A stretch of 64,000 nucleotides of DNA from an uncultured Candidatus Saccharibacteria bacterium. Lineage in GTDB: Bacteria > Patescibacteriota > Doudnabacteria > UBA920. This document shows, piece after piece, positions 18,001 to 27,626 of the stretch (its first letter is position 1; each line of letters starts with the position of its first letter). Both the position numbers and the translations under genes were made by a program. The notes below the pieces were generated by a model. It was not told the origin of the DNA. It searched no databases and worked only from the letters and a program-made list of their open reading frames with translations. The stretch spans positions 5,448 through 69,447 of the forward strand of contig CAZTCH010000005.1 of the NCBI GenBank assembly GCA_964612745.1, written 5' to 3'.

Positions 18001-19121
18001 GAGCCACTACCATTCACTGCAGTAGCGTCTATAGAGCCGCCTTGCGCAATATTTGAATTTGAAATACTACAACTAAAAGGTGGGGGTAACACATCGACTA
18101 GCACAGAGTCGCTCGCGGTGCCCCCAGGGCCGGTACAGCTCACGGTAAAAGACTCATCTGCGGTGAGGTTATCAGAAGTATCACTCCCGCTCGTACCACC
18201 ACTCGTAGAAAAACCAGATCCTTGCGTAGCGGTACAACTTGTTGCATACACCGAAGTCCACGAAAGCACTGTCGAGCTACCGTAGTCCACAGGATTAGGC
18301 GCAGCGCTCAAATTAACTACCGGTGTAACCGAAGCGCTAGTACCAGTACACGTACTGGTTATACTCGAACCAGAATTTGGATATAGTTCTGCAGTAAAAG
18401 TAATTTGATTTCCCGTAGAAGGTCCTTCGTAGGTGAGCACTTTCGTACCACTCGCAGATGTGCCAACAGAATCACTGGCGCCACCATTCGGCCCCGTAAC
18501 ACCAACAGTTCCATAGCTACTACTTGGTGATGAATACGGTTCAAAAGACCAGTTCAAAGAAATATCCCACGTCTCTGCATACGTGCCCCAAAAATCACTG
18601 TACCCAATTGGTGTTGGCCCACTCGCAGTACAGCTTACAGAAAGTGGCGTCCCAGGAGGTGTATATGGTGGAGCAGAACAGCTAAAGGGAGATGAGTCTA
18701 CCTGAACACCAGCGCCACCACCAACTGGATACTCATATAAAACTGCCGTTCCAGCAAAAGAGCTCACTGGCCCTGACCCACTAAAACTTGGTGGTAAAGT
18801 AGACCCAGCAGACGGAGCAGGGTCAATATTCCACGATCCAGAATTTGTTGTAGCCGTACCACCAGCGCTCGCACCAAACTCGTACCCAGGAGTTGGCGAA
18901 CCGGAAATAGAAAAAGACACATCAACACTCCCCACTGTATTACTTGGATTAAAAAAAGAAGGGAAGTTACTAATAGAGCAACTCGCACCGGAAAGCGACC
19001 CAGCCGCTTTAACCGTATTCACATGAAAAAAATCAAGCCCTGAAACACCAAACAAAAATAAGACCAGAAGCAAAGAAGCTTGTAAGAAAATTTTGATTCT
19101 TGATTTTATTTTACGAGTCAT
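15096..19121 (-). CDS. Large secreted/surface protein: Ig/PKD-like repeats, GBS Bsp-like repeat, three tail-collar-like modules, shared C-terminal domain
   Basis: Signal peptide; Ser/Thr/Gly-rich beta domains; VFPTWGDTGGQDDIIWY (Bsp-like); three G-x-I/V-x-x-F/W...VPSGW modules. Confidence 0.85.
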   Translation of the reverse strand: MTRKIKSRIKIFLQASLLLVLFLFGVSGLDFFHVNTVKAAGSLSGASCSISNFPSFFNPSNTVGSVDVSFSISGSPTPGYEFGASAGGTATTNSGSWNIDPAPSAGSTLPPSFSGSGPVSSFAGTAVLYEYPVGGGAGVQVDSSPFSCSAPPYTPPGTPLSVSCTASGPTPIGYSDFWGTYAETWDISLNWSFEPYSSPSSSYGTVGVTGPNGGASDSVGTSASGTKVLTYEGPSTGNQITFTAELYPNSGSSITSTCTGTSASVTPVVNLSAAPNPVDYGSSTVLSWTSVYATSCTATQGSGFSTSGGTSGSDTSDNLTADESFTVSCTGPGGTASDSVLVDVLPPPFSCSISNSNIAQGGSIDATAVNGSGSFTWSTPGATSTWGSGAIIGAQYGNAGQFSVDVSTSAGQSAHCGDVTVNPAGPYVNLSASPNPVNYNAATTLSWNSGFVDSCTATQGPGFSTGGATSGSDPSSVLTSATTFTISCTGAGGTATDSVTVLVNGETPACTSSAPEATSTGSTSGTFYVYAYGVTGATAVVFPTWGDTGGQDDIIWYAGTNLGGGTWRASVNLASHKVGSPEYGTINVHIYMSSATVGNTWCGVANFTRNVSPVPDVVLSVNPTSGTYPASTTLSWTTTNAPTSCVASSSTNDWTGSKATAAGPNTESLVPTVGGHTYTIVCTNAYGTDSDTQSYTQNACGGCTTTGSITITPSSPCAITPPATSCSPTPQVSWSTTNTTYAQVLVSQYDPNTATYGPYTLFNSGCAANNPTGLPRSVSASGSVVEQYQFKLYAAADCFTLPGGSLTGTVVLLWDTASGAVPSGWTCISCNVGDPLYGKFPRASDSYGATGGTDTGSHTLTYQSQTAGASQSTGESSSGGFYPTNSHTHTWSNVTSSTDSIIPPYKHLKFISRTNPPSIPAGAIALFDASVPSGWTRYSSLDGTYLRGGPDANTGGSATHTHTFTATSSVDSGALRDTANNTTVATGHSHTIASTALTASSNTPPYIDVIFGQATADTAAPAGMIAFFTGAVPSGWTTVSGSSSSYYQRMLRGSASFGSTGGSATHNHGGSVVGTSGAPGNNNLVRSGFSANGSTSSHTHAVTYTVDSQNSVPAYIDIVLAKYTAFTLLDTEVLTGSLPGPWADLSLSNKDIVSVNGRAVSYNPTDGIAEADIGSASVAEGSPIEFAIHIVNSGTATVGGDFTVVDTLTNLGPPSAGWDDKTVTLNCNGIPCDRGDYVLNSVVYNPTLKQITFAIESQAKAGGLAQNEYLSIVYTAYAKGPTGTTASIFRFSNVARISYTDPVSAAGEEINCDSYPLSCSLRTPLVLFFRGLPVPFLKEVQ

Positions 19122-19263
19122 AGCTTAATGCGCAGTGCATATATTTAACACGTATAAGATTACTTTAAGTATATCATGCAAATACATACAAAACGAAAAC
19201 CCAGCCAAGAACGAATGCTAATAAATTAGCTTCGCTCAAGACTGGGTTGAAAGGGCAATATCG

Positions 19264-20376
19264 CTACTGCCGGTCAAATGAGAGATCTGAAACCAAGAGT
19301 TCAAGATAAGTTGAAGCGCAGACTTCTCCAACTTTAACTGTAACTACCCCTCTTGGTGTTAAGGTTGGATTAAGTTCCCGAGTGCCTAAATATAGTCGGT
19401 CCGCATAAAGGCCTGTAACTGCTGCGAAATCAACACCGTAGCGTAAAGGCGTGATTAATCTGCCACCGAAAACCACCAGCGGGTCTTTGATGTCAGTACC
19501 CGCTATTTGAAACGGATATGCAGCTGTAAAACCAGCAGAATAGCCATTCACTAGGCGAATCAAAGGTATGCGACCGTTGCCATAAAGCCGAAGCTGGCCT
19601 GCGGGCGCAGTTTGCGGCCCATCGAGCGGGAAAGAAACATTTTGCTTCAAGGTAGCATAGCCCCCGGTATCGGGAGCATAATAAACCGTTAAGGTACCAC
19701 GTCCTTGCAAACCTTCGATCGCTGATTTCAACGACACACGGAACCCCGCTGGAAGTTGTTGGCTAAATTTCTTTGCAGCAACTTCGATAAGATTGCCTGC
19801 GTCTTCGGCGACGAATAACACAACACCCGGCTCAAGAGCTGCGTAAGTTTGGAAAAATGGGGCAAGCTCGGAACCAACCGGTTCCAAACCTAGCACGGCA
19901 GGCGCAGAATCTAGTTTGTACCTATTGGTCACTTCTTGACGAAGCTGAGACAGGCTCGTTGTGACGTCTTGCATTACTTGCGGAGCACGAGTCGGCAAAT
20001 CTTCACGAGCAGGTGTATTGTTTCGCGTTGGGATTGACGGTGCTTTTGGTTCAACATAAAGCTGACCACAAAGCGCAATATCGCCGCCAACACTAATCAC
20101 AAACACATGCCTGAGTCCAGGTGCGGCATACTTTACTGCGACAGCTGAATTGGAAAGAGTTCTCATTTCAGACGTATCAGCAGTAAAAAAGTACCCATAC
20201 CCATCTGCGTCCACACCCCGACCACCATCCGCTTTTGCGACGACTGGTAGATCAGTTGTAGTGGTATATGCAGATAAGCTGCACGTAAGTGGCTTTTCTT
20301 GTGCAAAAGCAACTTGTTTCAGCGAAAGCAATGCGGCCATTGTGAGGACCGCGACGAAACCGATTTTCGTTTTCAT
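19264..20376 (-). CDS. Secreted hypothetical protein with an N-terminal PKD-like domain
   Basis: SD AGGAG and signal peptide. LTCS...YAAPGLRHVFV...ALCGQLYVEP resembles FSCS...YGNAGQFSVDV...AHCGDVTVNP in 15096-19121. Confidence 0.75.
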   Translation of the reverse strand: MKTKIGFVAVLTMAALLSLKQVAFAQEKPLTCSLSAYTTTTDLPVVAKADGGRGVDADGYGYFFTADTSEMRTLSNSAVAVKYAAPGLRHVFVISVGGDIALCGQLYVEPKAPSIPTRNNTPAREDLPTRAPQVMQDVTTSLSQLRQEVTNRYKLDSAPAVLGLEPVGSELAPFFQTYAALEPGVVLFVAEDAGNLIEVAAKKFSQQLPAGFRVSLKSAIEGLQGRGTLTVYYAPDTGGYATLKQNVSFPLDGPQTAPAGQLRLYGNGRIPLIRLVNGYSAGFTAAYPFQIAGTDIKDPLVVFGGRLITPLRYGVDFAAVTGLYADRLYLGTRELNPTLTPRGVVTVKVGEVCASTYLELLVSDLSFDRQ

Positions 20377-20916
20377 ATCAAACTCCTAGAAAAATGAAAA
20401 TCGCGGCTGGGAATGCCGCGGCGTTAAAGGTTTACCCAGCTAGTCGCATGACTAGCCAAGCTCGTATTTGCAAAGTAGTATCAAAGCAGAAGACGTTCTG
20501 CTCAGACACTACTTTGCAAAGACCTTTAACAAACCGGACCACTTCAAATCTCTCTAAATAATATCCTCCTCAGGATAAAAAATGTACAAATTATAGCAAA
20601 AACACTCTGTGCTCTTGCTGGAAAAGGGCTTGTTTACAAGAAAACAAGGACTTTTCTAGCAAGGGTATTCTTTTTTTCTCACGGTTTTATGTTAATGCAA
20701 ACTATAGCACATAATCGTAAATTAGTCAATATCTGAGTATTTATTGGGTATTTTGTGAAAATTAAAAAAAAATACGCAAGGCGCACGGCCTTACGTAAGG
20801 AAATCACAACAAAACTTCATGGACAACGCACAAAACTACCCTCTCCACCCGACCTATCCTAATTCCTACATTTGGTACATTCATACGTTAGAAGAAGTGT
20901 ACTATATTTCGGCAAA

Positions 20917-21450
20917 CTACTCAAGAATTAAAAACCCAGAGAAATTCGTAAACGCCGCATCTTTTTGCACAAGCGTTACTACCACTCTCCCTGCGGGTTT
21001 TTCTGTTTTAAATGCAAACATGCTCGTCGTGTCGCCCAATCGGTAACTGAGCAGAGATTTGTTTTCCACAAGTCGAGAACGAAGCGAAGTATTTATAGTC
21101 GCAAGCGAACTGGGGATTTCTCTCTGAAAGGCATACCCTGTCTTCCCGCCTTCAAACACTACCTTAGCAACTTTACCTTCTACTTTCGTTTCCCCAAAAA
21201 AAGTAGTCACTGCAGCAGGTAACTCCCCTGTGGTAATTGTTTCGGTAGAAGTAACCCGAGGCATAACAAACTGCGCTTCTGCCGAACTCGTGCCAGTAGG
21301 TGCTGGAGTATTTTGCAATGCCGCAGCTTGCTCTTGTTCATTTGGCGCGACACTCTTTTTTGCACGAAACAAACGGGTCGAAACAAGACCCAAACCAATA
21401 ATTACGACAAACCCGAGGACTATTCCAACTATATATTTATTTTTATTCAT
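20917..21450 (-). CDS. Hypothetical membrane-anchored protein
   Basis: N-terminal TM; packed tightly with its neighbours. Confidence 0.75.
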   Translation of the reverse strand: MNKNKYIVGIVLGFVVIIGLGLVSTRLFRAKKSVAPNEQEQAAALQNTPAPTGTSSAEAQFVMPRVTSTETITTGELPAAVTTFFGETKVEGKVAKVVFEGGKTGYAFQREIPSSLATINTSLRSRLVENKSLLSYRLGDTTSMFAFKTEKPAGRVVVTLVQKDAAFTNFSGFLILE

Positions 21451-21461
21451 ACGAATGCTTA

Positions 21462-21968
21462 TTACTGGACAGCCTCACCCACTGTTGGTACAGCAGCTTC
21501 TGCCACAATGGTCCCCGGTTGTGCACCAGTGCCACGCTTACTCACTACTAACTTTTCCACATCGTACACAGAAAGATCTGCTGCACCACCAAACAAATAC
21601 ACTTCTGTCTTACTCTCTACAGGTATAAACTTTCCGAGCAACACGAGAGTACCATCTGTTTGTTTTGCGTACGCTTCATACTGTTCTCCAGAAGAAAGCT
21701 TTGGAGCCGCTGTTAACCGCGCGCCTACAGAAGTCAAATCTGTTTTCAAAGTCATACTGCCATCACCTCGCACACCACTGTCCGCAACAGCAGCTAAGGT
21801 AAACCGTTTAACTCCCTTTTTTACAGACACTGCTGGCGTTTGTGAATTGACTTGATTTTGGCTCGCTAGATTGTTCCGAGCACGCCTGTCTTGCCAATAA
21901 CCATACACCCACGTTGCTGCTGCCAATATGACAGAACAGAGAACTATACCTACAATGACTTTCTTCAT
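21462..21968 (-). CDS. Hypothetical membrane-anchored protein (beta domain)
   Basis: N-terminal TM; 11-bp gaps to both neighbours. Confidence 0.75.
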   Translation of the reverse strand: MKKVIVGIVLCSVILAAATWVYGYWQDRRARNNLASQNQVNSQTPAVSVKKGVKRFTLAAVADSGVRGDGSMTLKTDLTSVGARLTAAPKLSSGEQYEAYAKQTDGTLVLLGKFIPVESKTEVYLFGGAADLSVYDVEKLVVSKRGTGAQPGTIVAEAAVPTVGEAVQ

Positions 21969-21979
21969 ATGAGTACTAA

Positions 21980-22831
21980 TTATTTTTGTTTTTCTGCTAA
22001 CGCTTGTTCTATCGCTGCTTTAAATTGTTCGTATGGCAGCGCTCCTACATACATTTTACCATTTACTAAAACCGTTGGAGTACCTGTAACCCCAATAGCT
22101 CTCCCCGCTGCAGTTTCTGCTTCTACTGCTGTTGTGAGTGTGCCTTGCTGCAAGCATGTGTTAAATGCGCCCTGCTGCAAGCCTACCTTACCTGCAAACG
22201 AGCGCAGCTTTGCGTCGGACAAAGCCCCTGCATTCTCTCCCGACTGCTGGGTAAATAAGTAGTCGTGGTACTCCCAGAACTTCCCTTGTGCTTTTGCGCA
22301 CTTTGCTGCAAGAGATGCCCTGGTAGACTCTTCGCCCAAAAATGCAAAATCTTGGTAGACAAAAGAGGCTTTACCAGTATCGATATACTCCGCTTTTATG
22401 CGTGGATACACTTCTTGTTGAAACTTCGCGCAGTATGGACATTGGAAATCGGAAAACTCTACGATCTCTACTGGAGCAGACACATCTCCCAGTCGTGGCG
22501 CGTCTGCTGGTGAAGTAAAAGATACTTGTTGTGGTGGTTGTGGGCGTGGACGAACCACCGCTTCAAGACTGACCAAACGAGCATTCATTTGCTGCAAGAC
22601 ATCTGCGGTCGCTTGGCTTTGTGCGGTTTGTGTCGCTATGACATAGTAGGTCGAAAGCCACCCCATGAGCAGCATGATTACCAACGCCACAGCAATGCTG
22701 TAGTACGCCACGCGAGCACTGCGCGCATGCACACCTGTAGACCCTAGCTGTTCAACCGCCTCGACAACTTCTTCGAGCTCGGCTACTGCACTTGTGTCAT
22801 CGCTTGTTTTTTTTGTGATTCGTACGTTCAT
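21980..22831 (-). CDS. DsbA-family thiol-disulfide oxidoreductase
   Basis: EFSDFQCPYC, QGKFWEYHD, GVTGTPT. Confidence 0.92.
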   Translation of the reverse strand: MNVRITKKTSDDTSAVAELEEVVEAVEQLGSTGVHARSARVAYYSIAVALVIMLLMGWLSTYYVIATQTAQSQATADVLQQMNARLVSLEAVVRPRPQPPQQVSFTSPADAPRLGDVSAPVEIVEFSDFQCPYCAKFQQEVYPRIKAEYIDTGKASFVYQDFAFLGEESTRASLAAKCAKAQGKFWEYHDYLFTQQSGENAGALSDAKLRSFAGKVGLQQGAFNTCLQQGTLTTAVEAETAAGRAIGVTGTPTVLVNGKMYVGALPYEQFKAAIEQALAEKQK

Positions 22832-22845
22832 GCAAATTTGGTTAG

Positions 22846-25326
22846 TTATTGGATTTCTTCAATCGTAGGCGTTCCAACAGGAAGCACCAGAATATATGGC
22901 GTAGTAAGCAGCAGACCAGTAACACCATTTACAAATGCTTGGTTGCGGAAACGGAAAGGCTGTCCCCGTTTATTGTTTGGTGCTTTTGTCTCTGCAGTCA
23001 GAAAAATAGTCCATACCTCCTGAGATCCTGCCGCCAAAGTATTTTTCCCTACTGGGGTAACGGTCATGCGAATTGTTTTTGTTGCGGCAGTGTACCCATC
23101 TACATTGACCGAACATTGATTACTGCACGCAGCAGTAATCTGGAAACCATTTTTTGGCTCGGTCATATTCGTAAGCACATCGGAAATAGCAATTGGACCA
23201 GCGATTGGCTCTGACCCACCATTCACCAAATTAATGGCAAAGGTCACCGCATCTCCTTCGCTTACTGGCAACGCAGGCTTTACTGGGCTGTCTTGGTCAT
23301 TATACGGATTGCACACGCCAACTGCGCACAAATTAATGGAGCGAATTTTTACAATATCTTTGTTCGATGGAGCAAGGTTTGCAGACCCACCACAAGGTAC
23401 TGGCAGCAAAGGCGAGCCGCTCGCATCTCTGGTTGCTACATACTCTACCGAGTCTAAGTACGCATACACACGATACCGCAGAGCAACCGTAGTGCTTGGA
23501 GCTGCAAACACTGTCTGGTATCGTTCACCATACGGTTGTAACTGTGCATTTGGAATATCTACTAATCGTACCCATGTTGCAGTATCGGGGTTGTAGTAAT
23601 ACACTCGATACCCAGACACAGCCCGTTCGGATTTGGTCCACACCGCTGCTATTTGGTTACAAGCTGGAGCAAGCCCTGCTGGTGCAGTGGCACCGTTGTA
23701 CACCCACGCGTCTACTAATGGTGGTAGCACCGGTGGTGTTGGCGTCACCAAAACTTCTACCACGTCTCGCGCCCGCCCACCTGGTCCGGTACATACAATC
23801 CCAAATACCGTCCGCCTCCCAACAACGACAGACTCTTGGCCAGCAACTGCGGTGCTGGTCGTCCACTCAGATTCTGCTTCACACTGTGTTGCATTTTGGC
23901 TCTGCCATGACACAACCACAGAGCTCCCTGTGACAACCGTTACAGGACCATCGGACCCGTTTGCTTTAATATCTACAGTTGGCACGTTCGGGCACGGTCG
24001 CTGCGTTACCACTACTGCGACACGCGCAAGTTCCACTCCGCTCGCCAGTGGGGTTACCAGCCGAAACTCCGTACCATTTTTTACCCACGAACCTGTCTCG
24101 CGCACTACTTGCCCATTGGCAGGAACTGTGGCGAACACAAAACCATCTGCTAAATTTGAATTATATACTCGTATTTCTGCAAAGGCAGAAGCAGTTGCAG
24201 TCACGGTTGTTATCCCACTGACATTCGGTTCACAAACAGAAATATTCGGCGCAGAAAGAGTACCTGTGTTTACAGAAGGCACAACAGAAATAGTCGTCGG
24301 CTCAAGCCCGCAACCATTCGCCCCCGTACTCGTCGTCCAACCAGATCCAGAAATCTCTGCAAGCCCAGCCCCGACTGCTGTAACCACGGCAAAGTTACTA
24401 CCGGTAGATACAGGAGCAATACTTACCTTATCGCTTGGACCGCTAAAGCTCCCACCAACCCAGCCAGTTGGCGCAAATACTCGAGTCGTTTTACCAACTT
24501 CTACGGTGTATGACTCTGCCACCACACGAAAACCAGTCGGGCACGGTGGTGTTACTGGACAAGTAATTGGTTTTGGACTACCAGATAACAACGTATTCTC
24601 TGAACCAGCCGTTGCATTAATCCCATATATGTAGACTTGGTGTGTTTGTCCATTTTTGAACACATCAGGTGTGGGAATAGTAAAACCATGGTTTCCAGAA
24701 ATACCAAAAGCAGCGTTCACATCGGGACGAGGCTGGTTCGCCAAAAAGCGACCCACAAAGCTCCCCTGTCCAACTGGACCATTGCGGTACAAATCTACGT
24801 AAATAGAATCATTCGGCGCATCTGGGTCAAACGCCCAACCAGAAATAGTCGCACAGGTGACTGCTTCAAAATTTCCTTTTGGTGTCTGATCAGGTGCAGC
24901 TTCTTCGCCACCACCAGAGCCTTGGCAAGAGCTACCACTCCCTGCAAGACCAGGCTCTTCGTGCGTGCTCGCATAGGCAGACCAAGGAGCCAGCACTGCC
25001 CCAGGCACAATAACTGTAACACTCGCAGACCCAGAGCCAGACCCGAAATTCAAACCAATCGCAACGTCTACAGTTGCATTTGGGTGCGCCCCTTCTGCAG
25101 TAGCGTTCGCACGAATTTCCCATTCAAAAATTTCACCCACTGCGTTACGATGTGCTTCTTGCTCACAGCTTACTTCAACATCAATAACTTGATCTGCTGG
25201 ATTTCCAAAAGCTTGTGCGGGTTGCACAGAAGGAAAAAACGTACCCAAAAGTAGCGCAAAACCCGCAATGCCGGTAACGCCAAGCAAAAAGGATCGAGCA
25301 AAACTATTTCTTGAAAACATCTTCAT
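22846..25326 (-). CDS. Large secreted/surface protein with Ig-like domains and the shared C-terminal domain
   Basis: Signal peptide; ISGWAFDPD...RPDVNAAFGISGNHGF domain; C-terminus similar to 15096-19121. Confidence 0.85.
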   Translation of the reverse strand: MKMFSRNSFARSFLLGVTGIAGFALLLGTFFPSVQPAQAFGNPADQVIDVEVSCEQEAHRNAVGEIFEWEIRANATAEGAHPNATVDVAIGLNFGSGSGSASVTVIVPGAVLAPWSAYASTHEEPGLAGSGSSCQGSGGGEEAAPDQTPKGNFEAVTCATISGWAFDPDAPNDSIYVDLYRNGPVGQGSFVGRFLANQPRPDVNAAFGISGNHGFTIPTPDVFKNGQTHQVYIYGINATAGSENTLLSGSPKPITCPVTPPCPTGFRVVAESYTVEVGKTTRVFAPTGWVGGSFSGPSDKVSIAPVSTGSNFAVVTAVGAGLAEISGSGWTTSTGANGCGLEPTTISVVPSVNTGTLSAPNISVCEPNVSGITTVTATASAFAEIRVYNSNLADGFVFATVPANGQVVRETGSWVKNGTEFRLVTPLASGVELARVAVVVTQRPCPNVPTVDIKANGSDGPVTVVTGSSVVVSWQSQNATQCEAESEWTTSTAVAGQESVVVGRRTVFGIVCTGPGGRARDVVEVLVTPTPPVLPPLVDAWVYNGATAPAGLAPACNQIAAVWTKSERAVSGYRVYYYNPDTATWVRLVDIPNAQLQPYGERYQTVFAAPSTTVALRYRVYAYLDSVEYVATRDASGSPLLPVPCGGSANLAPSNKDIVKIRSINLCAVGVCNPYNDQDSPVKPALPVSEGDAVTFAINLVNGGSEPIAGPIAISDVLTNMTEPKNGFQITAACSNQCSVNVDGYTAATKTIRMTVTPVGKNTLAAGSQEVWTIFLTAETKAPNNKRGQPFRFRNQAFVNGVTGLLLTTPYILVLPVGTPTIEEIQ

Positions 25327-25338
25327 AAGTATCTAAAT

Positions 25339-25878
25339 TTAACGGCCTCCAACTTCTAACAACGTCTTACCAGAAGCGGTATCTGTTTGTATGCTAACGC
25401 TCAGAGTAACGTCTGCCTTACGACCAGCCAACAAGTACTGTGTTTGCTCTGCCACATCCAGCGAAATTTGCCAACTATTACTCTGTAAATAATTTTTGTA
25501 CACCGAGTACACATCAAACGGCTTTGCGTCCACCAACCACTTGCGCACCCCTTGTGTATCCTCGCCCGAAGCAACTTCGAAGTTGTGTACTACTACTTGG
25601 TCGGCGTACACATATGGCAAATCTGTTGGCACATTTGCAGGAAGCTGTTCACTGCCAACCTCTGTCCGCACAGGAGCAACTGGCAGCTGATTCGTTTCTT
25701 TGAGCCACAGAGTACGCACAAAAAAGAGCACAGCAAGTACTACCACTGCAAAAACACCAAGCCAATATTTGTGCTCGTACCACCACATGCCCCAAGTTTT
25801 ATTTTGCAGTTGGAGTCGTTCACCAAATCCCCGAGTAGAACGGATTGATTCTGGTAACCCAGTGTCGTTTTGTTTCAT
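25339..25878 (-). CDS. Hypothetical membrane-anchored protein
   Basis: Single TM; extended -10 TGGTATACT upstream at about 25905-25913 on the minus strand. Confidence 0.75.
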   Translation of the reverse strand: MKQNDTGLPESIRSTRGFGERLQLQNKTWGMWWYEHKYWLGVFAVVVLAVLFFVRTLWLKETNQLPVAPVRTEVGSEQLPANVPTDLPYVYADQVVVHNFEVASGEDTQGVRKWLVDAKPFDVYSVYKNYLQSNSWQISLDVAEQTQYLLAGRKADVTLSVSIQTDTASGKTLLEVGGR

Positions 25879-26097
25879 TTTTACACTACAATAAAGCTAG
25901 TTTTAGTATACCACACACAAATAAAAAAACGGCCTCAGCAGTTTGTTAGTTCTTAGAGGTAAACCCTCGTGTACGTTTTTACAAACGTACCAAAACTAAC
26001 AAATCACTGAGACCGAAACAGCTTCAAGCTAATACTTTCTGCAAAGCAACACAAAACCCACGGCTCCGAAAGAGGGCGCTAATATCTTTGAGGTGTA

Positions 26098-26220
26098 TTA
26101 TGCTCTTTGCTTACATTTGCTACATATTGTTATAACGATCAATTTCTGTTGTTTTGTGTCGTTATAAGTTTGCTTAATCCACGAATGAGCCCCACCTCTT
26201 GGGCACTTTGGACTTGCCAT
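26098..26220 (-). CDS. Small putative zinc-binding protein (40 aa)
   Basis: SD AGGAGGAG; MASPKCPRGGAHSWIKQTYNDTKQQKLIVITICSKCKQRA (C-x5-H...CxxC). Below the ORF-track cutoff. Confidence 0.65.
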   Translation of the reverse strand: MASPKCPRGGAHSWIKQTYNDTKQQKLIVITICSKCKQRA

Positions 26221-26420
26221 AACACTCCTCCTACAGAATACTGGGAATTACTTTACTTCTCACAAAGCAAAGTGATAAATCTGCCGCTGTATAATGAGCG
26301 GTAGCGAATTGCGATTATAACCCACAAGCAGATTGCGGATTGCCTCTCGAAATCAAGTATCGTGCAAAAAAACACGAAACCTGAATGTACAACTTTCCCC
26401 CACTTTTGTCAACCTCTTAC

Positions 26421-27050
26421 CCGTTACCATGGTCACCTTCGTAACCGTTACGAAGGTGACCATGGTAACGGTGTTGGAATAGACAAATATAAAAGAGTTC
26501 GACCTAGGGCGAACTCTTTCGGTAAACTTTTCTCATCTGGGTATGAGTGCGTATCTGATATATATCAGATAAGAAAAGTTTTGTAGCCCCTCCTCGAAAT
26601 TTAGAGCTACGTTTCCAAGTTTTTGCCCGCACAAACGGCGAGCGGCAATAATTGTGTTTTTACCCTTTACAAGAGCGAATTTTAGTAACTTGAGAAAGCT
26701 ACAAAAACTTTTTTGAGTACACTGGCACTCAATCGCTCTCCGAAAAGGAGAAATATTTGGCAAAAAGCCAAAAACTAAATAAAAACACTAAAAAAACAAT
26801 AACTTGGATATTTAGTATACCAGCGTTCAGGTAAATAGCCAAGTGAAGAAACAGGAAACATGAGAGCATATAAGCATGCAAACATCTAAACAAAATACGT
26901 AAAATGCAGATGGTGCCCATCAACACCTATGTTGATGGGCACCATCTGCAAACAAGATAAATGCGAAAGCCATTCTTACTAGCAAAAATGCCCTAGGCCA
27001 ACTCAAACACCCGAAGGACCTAATTGTGACGGCCGTCACAATTAGGTCCT
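26421..27050. repeat. Cluster of long palindromes
   Basis: Perfect 25-bp arms at 26421-26471; hairpins at 26491-26519 and 26552-26570; inverted termini at 26574/26712; 26904-26950; 27015-27050. Confidence 0.85.
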
Positions 27051-27106
27051 AAGCGCAAAGAGCCTACGCCAACTCAATAGCAACAACAAATGGTATAATA
27101 ACGTAC

Positions 27107-27487
27107 ATGCACAAAAACCAACTCCCAACACTCAGTAATATATTTTTTCTGCTCCCTGCGTACTACGCTCTACACACGCACGTATACTGGTATGCAATCT
27201 TGGTCCTCAGTGCTTGCATTGTATCGACCGTGCACCACATTGTTGGCAAAAATAAACTATTACCTCTCGATAAGTTTTTTGCGTTTACACTTGTACTCGT
27301 AAATTTTTATTTACTATTTGCAGGTGGATTACTCCCCCTACACACCACCATCTTTGCGCTACTCACCGCAACTATTGCAACAACTTTGTTTGTATTGCAA
27401 CGGCGCAACTACTGGCTCATGCACAGCCTCTACCACTTCCTATCCGCCATAGTCTGCCTCCTCTGTCTGTACGTATATTTATATTAA
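27107..27487 (+). CDS. Small His-rich multi-pass membrane protein
   Basis: TGGTATAAT promoter at about 27091; SN...S-x-x-HH...D...HSLYH pattern reminiscent of CREST-superfamily proteins. Confidence 0.75.
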   Translation: MHKNQLPTLSNIFFLLPAYYALHTHVYWYAILVLSACIVSTVHHIVGKNKLLPLDKFFAFTLVLVNFYLLFAGGLLPLHTTIFALLTATIATTLFVLQRRNYWLMHSLYHFLSAIVCLLCLYVYLY

Positions 27488-27491
27488 AAAC

Positions 27492-27529
27492 TTGGTCGTA
27501 AAGTAGACGGCCGTCTACTTTACGACCAA
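27492..27529. repeat. Perfect 38-bp palindrome centred on GACGGCCGTC
   Basis: ttggtcgtaaagtagacggccgtctactttacgaccaa; near-identical copy at 35748-35783. Confidence 0.9.
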
Positions 27530-27589
27530 CGCAATAGTGATAACACAATGCACACAAGACGTATATAAAAGACAACTATTGTGATAAAT

Positions 27590-27626
27590 AAAAAAAAGGG
27601 TGATCACTATGCAAGCTGATCACCCA
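27590..27626 (-). terminator. Intrinsic terminator
   Basis: gggtgatca...tgatcaccc hairpin next to an A-run (U-tract on the minus strand). Confidence 0.75.

Noticed and set aside
20402-20530. Known riboswitch (c-di-GMP, TPP, SAM and others)
   Set aside because: I could not identify consensus motifs by eye; kept only as an unclassified structured leader.
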